Source: Eledone cirrhosa
Lineage: Eukaryota
Assembly: GCA_964016885.1 (NCBI GenBank)
Contig: OZ024752.1
Location: 5,704,001 to 5,768,000 of the forward strand
DNA length: 64,000 bases
Reading direction: 5' to 3'
Shown piece after piece: positions 13,651-25,585 of the stretch; within the stretch, counting starts at the first letter, position 1, and every line of letters starts with the position of its first letter. The notes under the pieces were generated by a model that did not search any database, had not been told where the DNA came from, and was given only the letters and a program-made list of their open reading frames with translations. A program made the position numbers and the translations under genes.

Positions 13651-14439
13651 CCCATCCAATCATTGTTAGAAAGAAGATGTTAAATGATGATGATGATGAT
13701 GATAACTCTAACAGATCTTTCCCTCAATCTGTGATGTGGAGAGATTAGTCAAATCTAAAAACATTTCCTAATTTAATTTAATCAATTGCATGTAAAAACT
13801 AATGACTTCGTTAATATTCACAAACTGTGAGTTAGTTTAATAGCCATAATTAATTGAAGACAATTTGTGTATCACATGATGAAAGGATGTAGGTTTCGTG
13901 ACAAACAAAGGAAGATTTGGATTTAAATAAATGTTTGTATATTCTTTTAATGGTGTCATTCGTTAGATGATGGCCATGCTGGGGCATTGCCTTAAAGAAT
14001 TTAGTCGATCATGTCAACCACAGTACTCTTTTACAGATTTTAGTAATTAGACAGTGGCCATGCTGGGGCATAGCCTTGAAAGAATTTAGTTTATAATATT
14101 GAATGCAGTACAAATTTTTTACAAGTATGATACTTATTTTATTGCTTTTGTCAAATTGTTAAATCACAGGACATAAACATATACACAAACATAAATACAC
14201 GCAGACACATACATTACTTGCTCTTTTATTTGACTGTTTTTAGTCACAAGATATATTTTATATCACATTTTTTATGTATAGTAGTATTGATGTTCACAGG
14301 ACTTTGTGCTGAAGCTGGAATCCAATTTCAGATCAACAAATAAAACATTATCATTCTACTTGAATAATGATAACATTCTGGAATAACATATTTAATAATG
14401 GGATATAGTTTTTTTAATGAATTTGTTAGATTTTGTAAA

Positions 14440-14657
14440 AGAGATGGTATCATTGCATGAGGCTATTGTCTCTCAAATACACAACATTCCATTTGAAAGA
14501 GAGATGGTATAACTGTGTGAGGCTATTGTCCCTCAAATACACAACATTCCATTTGAAAGAGATGGTATCACTGCTTGAGGCTACTGTCCCTCAAATACAC
14601 AACATTTCAAAATAGATGGTATCACTGTATGAGGCTATTGTTCCTCAAATACACAAT
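14440..14657. repeat. Degenerate ~55-60 bp tandem repeat, 4 copies, ~65 nt from the exon donor
   Basis: gatggtatca.tg..tgaggctattgtc.ctcaaatacacaac recurs four times. Confidence 0.88.
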
Positions 14658-14721
14658 ATGTTTATCCTAGAATGTTTTTCACACCTTACTACTGAACAAA
14701 GCAACAATAACAATATCTTAC

Positions 14722-14911
14722 CTGGTCTCTTTTTCTGAGGGTGTTTCACAGCTGCTCGCTATACTAGAATCTTCTGACTCTAAAGAGTTGAAACTTTTAC
14801 AGTTGGCCTCCCTTAACTTGCGTTCTTCCCACTGCGCACGTCCTTCGTCTGCTGCTCGTCTCTTCAGTTCCTCAATCCGTTGTCGTTCCTGTTCCACCAC
14901 AATATTATGGG
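14722..14911 (-). CDS. PHLDB: PHLDB-family internal coding exon: HNIVVEQERQRIEELKRRAADEGRAQWEERKLREANCKSFNSLESEDSSIASSCETPSEKET
   Basis: 190 nt, acceptor TTTTATTTTTAG, donor CAG|GTAAGA, phase 1/2. The ERQRIEELKRR...RAQWEER...NC.S.NS motif is one I recognise from invertebrate PHLDB proteins. The next exon was not found in 1-14721. Confidence 0.88.
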
Positions 14912-15179
14912 CTAAAAATAAAATGTTCCATAAATTCTTATTTAGGTTTAACATCACGAGACATTAGAACACAAAGAAAACAATAACTATTTATCTTTCC
15001 CCTCAAAATAACATTTACAGCAGATTATATATCAAATATTTTCACATAATTACACAAGAAAACAATATAATAATACCAGTAATAAATTAGTTTTATTGTT
15101 AATAATAGTGTTTTGTTATCATAGGTTTTTGTAACCACATGGTTTTCTTTCAATTCTACTGAGGAAAGTTTCTTTTGCT

Positions 15180-15478
15180 TACAGCCTTGAGTTGAGTAAT
15201 GTCTTGTGAGTGTAGCCTTGGGATGAGTAATGTCTTGTGAGTGTAGAGTTGAGTAATGTCTTGTGAGTGTAGAGTTGAGTAATTTCTTGTGAGTGTAGAG
15301 TTGAGTAATATTTTGTGAGTGTAGCCTTGGGTTGAGTAATGTCTTGTGAGTGTAGCCTTGAGTTGAGTAATGTCTTGTGAGTGTAGCCTTGGGTTGAGTA
15401 ATGTCTTGAGTGTAGCCTTGGGTTGAGTAATGTCTTATGAGTATAGCCTTGGGTTGAGTAATGTCTTGTGAGTGTAGG
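15180..15478. repeat. Minisatellite, 25-31 bp units (gtagccttgggttgagtaatgtcttgtgagt)
   Basis: Direct reading. Confidence 0.92.
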
Positions 15479-15484
15479 CCTCAA

Positions 15485-15655
15485 GTCAAGCATTGTCTTA
15501 TGATTGTAGCTTTGGAGCCTTGAGAGTGAGGAGACCCAGGAAGGCATAGGAAAAGGTGATAAAAGCTGACCTTGCCCAATTGCATCTCTGAAAGGTAATG
15601 ACACAGGACTGAGATCTCTGGTGTGACACAGTAATACAGAAGACCCACCTTCCCA
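15485..15655 (+). mobile_element. Decayed RTE LINE 3' ORF remnant
   Basis: Translates with stops to RPRKA*EKVIKADLAQLHL*KVMTQD*DLW..TVIQKTHL, homologous to the end of ORF 31258-32439 (GRPRKTWDELINSDLTHLHLSKTMSLDRDLWRYSVTEKTRL). Confidence 0.7.
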
Positions 15656-15867
15656 TGGGCACAGGCCGAAGCTGAAGCATATATATAACACCCACCCACT
15701 CCTATGAGGACAGGCTTGAATATACATCAAGTAAAGCTTCCAGCCCATGCTGTGAGGTGAGACTCACTTGGTCTCAGACTTTGACAGCCCATGTTTGTGT
15801 GGAAAGCAGATGTAAAATAAGAATGGTGACAATGATGATAACTGATTGACAATTAAAACATACATAC

Positions 15868-16051
15868 ATTGTTTCTCTAATGAAAGTCCCGGCCAGCTTT
15901 TGTTAGCATCAATCGTTGGAGAAATAGGTTTCTTGTTCCATCTGGGAATGGAGTTAGTTAGATGTGAAGGTGTCAATGAATGAACACCACCACTTCCTCC
16001 TTCACTACATTCAGGCATTGTACGACGGGCCGACACCAGATCAACTTTATC
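15868..16051 (-). CDS. PHLDB: PHLDB-family internal coding exon: DKVDLVSARRTMPECSEGGSGGVHSLTPSHLTNSIPRWNKKPISPTIDANKSWPGLSLEKQ
   Basis: 184 nt, acceptor TTGTTATTGTAG, donor T|GTATGT, phase 0/1. The trailing T joins CC of the next exon to give TCC (Ser) in frame. Confidence 0.8.
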
Positions 16052-16599
16052 CTACAATAACAAACAACAACACAAGGTTTATTTAATGTTAATTATAGTA
16101 AGATAATTAGTCAAGTTTAATTAATGATGCTTTACAGAAATCTCATCAATCTAAGGAGAGAAGGTTATTACAGTAAAAATAATGGAAATTACTTAAATGA
16201 AAAACACACACACACACATGTATATATTCCGAAGGGAAACGTATTAGTTGCTTCAATGTTTTGGTGGTGCTGTCTCTTCAGTCGATATATATATGAAAAA
16301 TTTGGGACCCTGACAACTGAGTTCCTGCCGTTTCAACTGCTAGATATATATACATACATGCACATACACACGAACACACACACACACACACACATATATA
16401 CATACATGCACATACACACGAACACACACACACACACATATATACATACATGCACATACACACGAACACACACACACACATATATACATACATGCACATA
16501 CACACGAACACACACACACACATATACATATGTGCACATACACATGAACACACACATATATATATATATACCAACCATGTAGTTCTACTCACACTAATA

Positions 16600-17158
16600 G
16601 ACAGCCCCACTCTCACCAAACACTGCCCCACTCACACCAGACACTGCTCCACTCACACCAGACACTGCTCCACTCACACCAGACACTGCTCCACTCACAC
16701 CAAACACTGCTCCACTCACACCAAACACTGCCCCACTCACACCAAACACTGCCCCACTCACACCAAACACTGCCCCACTCACACCAAACACTGCTCCACT
16801 CACACCAAACACTGCTCCACTCACACCAAACACTGCTCCACTCACACCAAACACCGTCTACTCTCACCAAACACTGCTCCACTCACACCAAACACTGCTC
16901 CACTCACACCAAACACTGCCCCACTCACACCAAACACTGCCTGCTCTCACCAAACACTGCTCCACTCACACCAAACACTGCTCCACTCACACCAAACACT
17001 GCCCCACTCACACCAAACACTGCTCCACTCACACCAAACACTGCTCCACTCACACCAAACACTGCCCCACTCACACCAAACACTGCTCCACTCACACCAA
17101 ACACTGCTCCACTCACACCAAACACTGCTCCACTCACACCAAACACAGCTCCACTCAC
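16600..17158. repeat. Minisatellite, 21-bp unit (ccactcacaccaaacactgct), ~26 copies
   Basis: Direct reading. Confidence 0.96.
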
Positions 17159-17636
17159 AGATAGATGATGTTATAAGCAGGAGGTAACCTGATCAAATGA
17201 AGGCACCAAACAACAAACCTACACGAAACTCACAACAAATATATATTGTTTTCACAACATTCATTCAATAATAGAATGCTTTCCTTGAAACGTTGCAACT
17301 AACTGTATATGATAGTCCTCACACTTAAATATGGAATGTTACGCGATGCCCCCCCCCCCCCCCACAACCCTGGCGCATTGGGTGTTTTAAACCAATTTCA
17401 TTGCATTTCCTCTCTACCACAACAAATATACACATCAAACACAATATTCTGTGGTTTAGAGGCAGACAGGTACCTGCAAATAAAAAACAAACAAAAAAAG
17501 AGCAACATTATATCATATTTGGATGACCGAGGATAAGAGGATTATATATGTATATACACACATAAACCTGTCCAGCCCATGCCAGCATGGAAAATGGACA
17601 TTATATATATCTAAAACATTAATTGTGATATACTCT

Positions 17637-17700
<64 letters not shown>

Positions 17701-17914
17701 TAATATATAAAACTGTGAAAGCGAGATAAACATGTAAACTTGGTGAACAACTACTAGTGTTTGCTGTTTTCTAAGGAAGACTTATCCACAAGGTGCAGCG
17801 TACAGTGAAAAGCATGTGAACTTACTAAATATTTCACTCTACTAAACAACTAAAATTAGTTACTGTATGTGTGAAATACACAAGTCTTAGTTCTATGAAA
17901 CAAAACCACCCATT

Positions 17915-18151
17915 TTAACCTTTTGATACCAAACCAACTGAAATTGCTCCTGGTTCTAAAATACACGAATGTTTGTTTTAAAATGTTTATATCTAAACAT
18001 TTCTATAAGTTTGTGTAAGTATCTTAGTTGTATTCCAAACACTAACTTGATAATGAGAAAGTTACTTATATTACTAAATTTCTACAAATTCTTGATTATT
18101 TTCAAATCGTAGGCAATGTCTTTAGTAGAAATCTGGTAAGAAAAGGGTTAA
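17915..18151. mobile_element. Non-autonomous TTAA-flanked MITE (piggyBac-like), family A
   Basis: TTAA-ccttttgatacc ... ggtaagaaaaggg-TTAA: imperfect terminal inverted repeats with TTAA on both sides. Confidence 0.65.
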
Positions 18152-18791
18152 AGAGTTTAAATTACAAGATCTAAAATAGAAGTAAACAGGAATGGCTGTG
18201 TGGTTAAGGAGATTGTAACTGTATAGTTTCAGGTTCAATTCCACCACATGGCACCTTCAACAAGGGTCTCTTACTGATAATCAATGTCTTTTAAGTAAAA
18301 TTTGCCAAACGTCCATATATGTGTCCACAGCTGTGTCTGTGTTTATATCTCATGACTTAACAGTTTGACAAAAAGAGATCAATAAAATATGTACCAGACT
18401 TGAAAAAGTACTGAGATTAATATGAAAGACTAAAAAAAAAATGCCTTTAAGATGGTACTCCAGTAGGGCCACAGTCTAATGAATAAAACCAACTGGAACT
18501 GATGGACATTCATCAACAACATCACTGATTGACATCCATTTTCTCAGGTTAGCATGAGTTAGACAAGTTGTCTTGACATTGTGAGACTGGTGAAGTGACC
18601 ATATCTTGCCCATACCAAACTGTTTCTAGTTTGGCCATCAGTAACTAATGTTAAGTGTTGGATGTAAACAACAGACAGTGCTGAATACAACAATAAAAGA
18701 AATAAGTGTTGTCTGATTCAAGACATATTGTCGATATGATGTGGTGTGTAAGATGAAGAAGTGAGATAGAAAATGGTGGAGAAGTACTCAC

Positions 18792-18830
18792 ACATCCTTG
18801 CAGTTGGATTGAAAACAGCAAAATGACTTT
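18792..18830 (-). CDS. Candidate 39-nt microexon (KVILLFSIQLQGC in phase 0)
   Basis: Acceptor CATCTTCATTATGTAG and consensus donor GTGAGT; length divisible by 3 with an open frame. No homology support. Confidence 0.25.
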
Positions 18831-18871
18831 CTACATAATGAAGATGTGAGGGTAACAGCAATAGTGTCAAT

Positions 18872-19580
18872 GATAATAATAATAATGATTTCTTTATTAG
18901 CCACACAGGGCTCACATTAAGAAAACATTAAAGATGGTACAGTGTGGCTTTTTTGTGTAAAATATAATTTATATCAGAGATTAAGAAAATAAACATTTAA
19001 AAAACAAACAAACAAATTTCCTAAAGGTGAGGAGACTCTAAGGGTCACTCATGTTGAAATCACACAATAAGACACGGTCACCCTGACCCCTAGGACAAAG
19101 TGCCTCCTTCTAGTTGTTCTTCAATCTACAGGTGTATACTCAAGGCAGGCCCATTCACACAGACCATGCACACCACTCTCCCCCGCCTTTCAACAAACTG
19201 GTTAGAAGGCAGCTCTCTCCTCTTCACCCTGATTTTTCCCCTTCAAGTGAAACCTGAAAAAGTTAATCAGAGCTTCGCCAAAGAGGAAAGTGGTTGTCTT
19301 CAACCCTTTCATATGTGTCCACCACATGACTTCTTTGTCATAGTCATCAGGCTGATAAAAACTGCCTGTCCTTCTCCTCTAAAAGATGGTGGGGCAATCT
19401 TCACAATGGACTGAGTTGAGAGTTGGATCTGTCCAACATGTGACAGCAGGTGCTCAACATAAACACACAGGTCAGCAATACCCGGACACCTGATGAGTGC
19501 ATCCAGGATGGTTTTGTTGCCCTACATACATCTCGGACAGGCCTGACCTACAGCACTTCCATGCCTATAGAGTTTATCTC
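18872..19580 (-). mobile_element. 5'-truncated, decayed L1/Tx1-type LINE 3' end
   Basis: The minus strand translates RDKLYRHGSAVGQACPRCM*GNKTILDALIRCP...INFFRFHLK, a degenerate CxxC-x8-H-x4-C ORF2 C-terminal knuckle. A 3' UTR with AATAAA and an (ATT)n tail follows at ~18872-18900. Confidence 0.7.
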
Positions 19581-19619
19581 AAACTAGCAAGGCTCTGCCA
19601 GGCCAAGGATTTCTGAAAG

Positions 19620-20265
19620 TTATGTACTCTCGCTAAGTAGATGACATAAACATTGTATTGAAAACACCCCCAAAGGAGAACGGTCAGGAATTAGAGAGGA
19701 ACACTATGGAAAGCATCCAGCAAATAGCTAACACCATCCACCAGAGTATTAAAGTTACTATAGACTGTTCAACTAAACACCCCAACCATAGATTACCTGT
19801 ACTAGACACAAAACTCTGGTTAGAAACTATTAATAATAGAACACAAATCCCCATTCGCATTATGCCAAACCCATGACCTCCAAGTACCTGATCCACCAAA
19901 ACTCAGCCATTTCAGATGACATGAAAGTCAACATACTGATTGCGGACTTAGTAAGAGTAATGAGGAACGTGTCTCGCATGTGTAACCCTAAAGAATTAGA
20001 GAGACACAACATTTCATCCACCGCATGCAGTTCTCTGGCTACAACCAGAGAGACAAGATCAGGGTATATAAAGGAGCCAGGACAAAATGGGCAAAGATTG
20101 TAGAAAATGATGCAAATGGGACTTGCCCCATGTATAGGATCAAATTTTGGAATAAGATAAAGAAATTAAGAAAAAGATTAAGAAAAAGACCAATAAAACC
20201 AACTCATGATATGATAGCAATAAATACCAGAGTGTAATGTTCGTCAATGCAACCCCCAATTAGTA
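19620..20265 (+). mobile_element. Decayed Penelope-like element (RT C-terminal region)
   Basis: R*VDDINIV (decayed YVDD), IANTIHQSIKVTID...LPVLDTKLW, KPMTSKYLIHQNSA...RVMRN, MQFSGY and SVMFVNATP lie across frameshifted ORFs 19658-20237; these are PLE-type RT/linker motifs as recalled. Confidence 0.7.
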
Positions 20266-21009
20266 GAACATATCCTTTTGAAGAAAACCCCTGCACTGAT
20301 AGGAAATGTATACCTACAATAATGAGAAAAACTCAATGCTAGAACAGCTGTTAAAACAGCAAAATGCCGTCAATGGCGGCGTCAGGTAAAATTTACCTTC
20401 AAGGACAGAAGACAGGAACTAGAAGTGTGTTGGTCCGCAGAAGTGATAGGAAGAAAGGAGCAAAGGAAGAAAATAAACAAGACAAGATCATACAAACATC
20501 ATGCTTGTGTGATCTTGTCTCATTCATTTACACACACACATACACTCTTTTACTTACATATACACACACATATCCTCTTAGCTTTATACAGACGTATAAA
20601 CCCACACACAGACACAGATGTATACACACATGCAGATGTACAGCTCGATATACAAAACGTTTTGTTTTTCCCTTTCAGATAGATGTTCTCCACCACCTTT
20701 TCAAAAGTATATCATACACAAAACACCAACATCAACAGTTTTCCAGGAGATGGCAACATGAACGGACTGTTATTTTTCTCTAAAAATATTTCTTTTCATT
20801 TTTTACCTGCCCGTCTCCTCAATCTTTTTATCACTTCTTTAAGTTCTAATTCTTTTGCTTTATTTCTGTTTACCTTGTGTATATACGCGCACACGCACAC
20901 ACACACACACATACACATATGATGGCTGCAAACTCTGCTAAGAGTATTGCAATCGCTTGTCAGATTATCGAAACTGGTGCACTTTTAGGTTACGGTCAGC
21001 CACACAAAC

Positions 21010-21149
21010 CTGTAACATATCCTGAACAAGCAATGCCTGTGCTTTGAAGGTTTTTAAGTGGGGAAAGGTCTTGCACTCGACCAATCCCACTCTCTGAGCA
21101 TCGAAAACACTACCCGAAAAGGAGAACTGGTCAATATCATCGGATGCTT
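21010..21149 (-). CDS. PHLDB: Candidate PHLDB exon: ASDDIDQFSFSGSVFDAQRVGLVECKTFPHLKTFKAQALLVQDMLQ
   Basis: 140 nt, acceptor TACTTCAG, donor CAG|GTTTGT. Non-repetitive, raised GC, open frame (ORF track 20965..21168). The phase-0 end fits the 16051 acceptor; the phase-1 start needs the alternative donor at 24700 or an exon I did not find. Confidence 0.5.
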
Positions 21150-21562
21150 CTGAAGTATATATATACATTTATGTTTTGTGGTTCACCACTGGAGAGAACT
21201 GGTCATTCCGTTTAGTTAACCATGATGTAATCGTAGGAAAAGCACTCTACATTATGCAACTCCATTCTTGCATCATAGGTATATATGTCTGTGTGTATGT
21301 ACATTTATGTGTATAATGCAAGCATCATGTATAATATTAGAAATACAATAGCATAAACATGAATAATAAACAAAATGTGATAAATTTTAGTGAAATATTT
21401 GGCCAAATGTCAAAAATCATTATATTTAATCATAAAATTTATATGTGTGTATTTATGTGTAAATGTGTGTGTTTATGTGTGTGTCTATGTATATATATAT
21501 TAAGTATTTTTGTAGAAAAGGTAAAGGAAAGAAGAGTGCTCTATGTATAGTACAGAGCTATT

Positions 21563-21768
21563 TAATTACATAATAAACAACACAATATAATTATTTCATT
21601 ACCGAAGGTTTTGAGAAACTAGACGATTCTTGCAGAAACATCTAACTTGTTTGTCAGACAAGATAATTATTTGGTCTGATGAATGAGCGATGTTTCTGTA
21701 AGAATCATCTCATTTCTCGAAACCTTTGGTAATGGAATAATCATATTGTGTTGTTTATTATGTAATTA
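21563..21768. repeat. ~206-bp near-perfect palindrome (foldback MITE-like)
   Basis: taattacataataaacaacacaatat... at the left end pairs with ...atattgtgttgtttattatgtaatta at the right end; pairing continues almost to the centre. Confidence 0.92.
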
Positions 21769-21796
21769 TATATATGAGTGTGTGTGTACCTGTATG

Positions 21797-21861
<65 letters not shown>

Positions 21862-21961
21862 TGTTGAAGACAACTTCTTTCTGATTTCAATTTTCATTTT
21901 TTGAAATTTCCTCCTATTCTCTAAGAAGACCTCTACAGTTTGTTTGGAACAACAAGGTTCC

Positions 21962-22136
21962 TAAGTTCGTAATTTTATCAAAGTTTCCAGACTGTCACAG
22001 CTTCTTCACTAGGAGTGTTCGTTTATGTCTACTCTTTTATTATAGGCATATATATTTCATGGCAGTAAAATAAACCAACAAAATGCCTGATAATGAAATC
22101 ATGTGAGTCTGGAAATTTGATAAAACTATGAACTTA
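21962..22136. repeat. Inverted repeat (~35-bp arms), foldback-like element
   Basis: taagttcgtaattttatcaaagtttccagact pairs with agtctggaaatttgataaaactatgaactta. Confidence 0.8.
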
Positions 22137-22542
22137 AAGAATTAAAACTGGAAAGTTGTTGTATCTTTGTCAACAACAACAATATACACACATGATTTTA
22201 CAAAATTGGAAAATGAGGGAAAATATCATTATATGGTTTTAGCAAAGGAAGGGCTGTACATTTAAATATTAAAATTGAGGGAGAAAATGCCTTGAATTTT
22301 GTCAACATAATTAGTATTCATAAGATTTGCTTGTTTGTTTATTATTATTATTTTGTGTGTTATCACTGCATTACCAAGCACAGCTCTGTGCACCTTGGGT
22401 ATGTGCAGTGTGGGTTTTGGTGGTGTTTGTTCTATTGTATTGCAAGTACTCTTTGTAATATGTGTGTGGTGTCTTACTGGAATTTAAAAATAAGAAAGAA
22501 CAAGAAAATGGCAGGTAGACAACTAAAGATTTAAATGAAGAG

Positions 22543-22757
22543 TTAACTCTTAACACCCTGTAATGATTGAGAAGAAAATATCTAAAACAGGTTTGTTAAT
22601 TCAAATATTTATATTATCTTTATTACTGGACAGATAATTTGGAATATTCGAGGAATGACTTCAATTTTTAAGGTGACGAAGGTGTTGAGCTGTTTTTGTA
22701 CCTTTCAAAAATGTCCCACTAATGTAGCTTCATGTGATACAGGATGTTAAGAGTTAA
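22543..22757. mobile_element. Non-autonomous TTAA-flanked MITE (piggyBac-like), family B
   Basis: TTAA-ctcttaacaccctgta ... tacaggatgttaagag-TTAA: 16-bp TIRs with one mismatch. Confidence 0.8.
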
Positions 22758-23944
22758 AGAAATCATGTTTTACTGTTAAAACAATTAAGTCCAATGCAAT
22801 GATTACTGAGAAAGAGGCAGACATTTAGGCAAATACATGGTTTACTGTAGAAAATATTAGAACATTTAAGACAAAGAATGGCAGAAATATATTTCAAAGT
22901 AGCTGATATTTCAGATAAGATTAGAAATTTTGCTTTTAATTTCAATTAACTTTTGAAAAAATACAAGCAATAAAAAACCTGATTGTTTGTTTGTTAGTTA
23001 ACAGATTGGTTTTTAATTAGTAACACAAATGAATAAGTGTGTTTCGCAAGCAGTTAGGAGATGAGATAGAATAAGGTGAGGTTTTAAGATGATGATGTTA
23101 GTAGAAATAGAAAGTTTCTCAGATAAACAATCACTGCAGTAATAAAGTCCAATTTCAAAGATGATATATTTCCTTGAAATATTATCATAATCAAACCATG
23201 CAGCAGACATTGAAGACATAGCACTGGAAACAGCCAGAATCGGTCAAAGAATGTAAACTACGAGCAACAAAATGAAATTCTGTTATATCAAAGTTCTTTA
23301 TCCCTCATCTGCCTTCCCCCCCCCTCTCTCCAATATCCTTCCCTTTCTATTTCTATCTTTCAGTGAAGCACTACAATTCTTTGATCTTTACTGAGATTTT
23401 AGTCAAGTATCAGGTATTCACCATTCTGATTCTTTTGGAATACTATGAATGACTTGGCTGATGTAACAGGCGAGAGGATTCAGTAAACATGTCTACCTTT
23501 GAATATAACTAAGTATATTATCTCATGTAACAATATACAATATATATGTATGCTAGTGTGTGCGTGTGTGTGTGTGCATACATATACACACATGATGATA
23601 TAAATGATGATGATGATATATATATATATATATCATCATATCCAAGTATGTATATATATATGTATGTATGTGTATAAATAATGCACACACAGATTGATGG
23701 ATGAGAAAACCAATCATATCTTTTACCTATCTGCTTAGTAAGATCTTTTTAAACAATCTCTGAAAACAACTGCCCCCCCCCCCCTCCCCAGTCAATAATA
23801 TAATATATGTATATCATGCTATTTTTACCAAGATTACCACTCAGATTATGGATCATTCTAGTACTACAGATAAAATCTCAGAGTTGCAAGGGATTCTGTA
23901 AAATTACAAGATTCTGACCCTATAGATCAGGTCAGGCTTCTGCT

Positions 23945-24140
23945 CATAATAATAACCATTTCTGATTTAGCCACAAGGCCAACAGTTTTAGGGGAGGGGA
24001 AAGTCGATTAAATTGACCCCATTGAATTACTGGTGTTTTATTTTATCGACTCTGTAAGGCGGGATTCGAACCCAGAACGTAAAGGGCCGTGACTCTATGT
24101 CATGAAGCATGGTGTCCGACGCTCTACCAATCTGCCAATC
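23945..24140 (-). mobile_element. tRNA-derived SINE family 1
   Basis: Reverse-complement match to 12272-12458 (box B GGGTTCGAATCCC on the minus strand). Confidence 0.8.
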
Positions 24141-24151
24141 AATAATAATAA

Positions 24152-24432
24152 TAAAAGTTATGTTGGTGCCACAAAATCCAGTCCTAAATAAATGAGGTTG
24201 TGTAGGTGTCACGATAAAAAAACACACAGTCCACACTGTAACGTGGCCATGTAGGTAACATGGTAAAAACCTCCCAAGTCCACACTGTAAATGTGGTTGG
24301 TGTTAGGAAGTGCATCCAGCTGTAGAAAACCTGCCAGACAGTCCCATACGAGCAAGACAACCAATCTTGCCTCAAGTGGGACAATTCCTGTCTAAACCCA
24401 TGCTAGCATGGAAGATAGACGTTAAACGATGA
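24152..24432 (+). mobile_element. ~280-bp SINE-like element (family 3) with RTE-like 3' tail
   Basis: aaagttatgttggtgccac...ggttggtgttaggaag.gcatccagctgtagaaa...aaacccatgctagcatggaagatagacgttaaacgatga. Other copies at 30033-30330, 32538-32835 and 49432-49722. Confidence 0.8.
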
Positions 24433-24444
24433 ATAATAATAATA

Positions 24445-24617
24445 ATGGTTTCTTATATAGGCACAAGACCAGCAATTTTGTGGGAGGGGAAAGTCGATTA
24501 AATCGTCCCCAGTGCACGACTGGTACTTTATTTTATCGACCCCGTAAGGATGAAAGGTAAAGTTAATCTCGGCGGGATTTGAACTCAGATCATAAAGGGC
24601 CGTAACTCTATGCTGCA
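24445..24617 (-). mobile_element. tRNA-derived SINE family 1 (5'-truncated), ~80 nt from the exon donor
   Basis: Contains ctggtactttattttatcgaccccgtaaggatgaaagg...gggatttgaactcaga. Confidence 0.8.
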
Positions 24618-24694
24618 AATAATAATAATAATAATAATAATAAATGATAAATAAGAGAAGAAATAGAATAAGAATGAGACAAAGCGACATGTAC

Positions 24695-24814
24695 CTCACT
24701 TTCTGCATCAGAAGACCTGCCACTTTGGTCGTAACCCTCATCACTGACTGCTACAGAGCAGAACTGCGATAGTTCCTGTATTTTGCGTTCCACACTTATC
24801 AGTCTGGCTTTTTC
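24695..24814 (-). CDS. PHLDB: PHLDB-family internal coding exon: EKARLISVERKIQELSQFCSVAVSDEGYDQSGRSSDAESE
   Basis: 120 nt, acceptor CCATCTCTTCCAG, donor GAG|GTACAT (a second donor AAA|GTGAGG lies 5 nt earlier). It completes the coiled coil (FRK|EKARLISVERK). Confidence 0.85.
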
Positions 24815-25119
24815 CTGGAAGAGATGGTAGCTAAGTAGTGAGTCAATTACTAATGTCGACTACAACACTATAAAAAGTCTTACAACTGACTCTTTGACTC
24901 TATGGAATCGGTAAAGAAATTTCATTGAATTAGTTAATCATAATTTTTCAAAATGTCACCCACAAACAAACATTTAGTGAGAAGAAAGGAAAAAATATTA
25001 AAATAGAAATAAAATTACACTTCATCTTTACAAAAGAAAAACATATTTCCAGCTCACAGCTATATAAGTTTAGTTGGCCTCCTATTATGTTGTATATCAG
25101 GTTTCCTTGGTGTTTTAAT

Positions 25120-25506
25120 AATTGTTTCTACTTTTGGCACACGGCCAGCAATTACCCAGTGTATTACTGGTACTTTATTTTATCAACCCCGTAAGGATGA
25201 AAGGCAAAGTTAACCTCGGCGGGATTTGAACTCAGAATGGCAAGGGTCGTAACTCTATACGTCAAAGCACGGCGTCCGACCCTCTTGGTGTTTTAATAAT
25301 GATTTCTGTTTTAGGCACAAGGTCAACAATTTGGGAGAGGGGGAAGTTGATTAAATCAACCCCAGTGTGTTACTGGTACTTTATTTTATTGATCCCGTAA
25401 GGATAAAAGGCAAAGCTAACCTCAAATAGGATTTGAACTCAGAACGTAAAGGGCCGTAACTCTATACAGCTAAGCATGTTGTCCGATGCTCTACCGATTC
25501 TGCCAA
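25120..25506 (-). mobile_element. Two tandem copies of SINE family 1
   Basis: Both carry the central domain and box B, and both are preceded by cttggtgttttaataat. Confidence 0.8.
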
Positions 25507-25585
25507 TGCAAGTTCTATAATATATATCCATATACATATTGTTGTTGTAGTTGAAGCTCAAGATAAAAAAATAAATAAATTTACA

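Noticed and set aside
16450-17187. His/Cys-rich repetitive ORF and its antisense ORFs
   Set aside because: Open only because the 21-bp unit is a multiple of 3.
23197-23223. 27-nt microexon candidate (CYVFNVCCM)
   Set aside because: Poor donor (GTTTGA), and it does not fix the phase mismatch with 21149.
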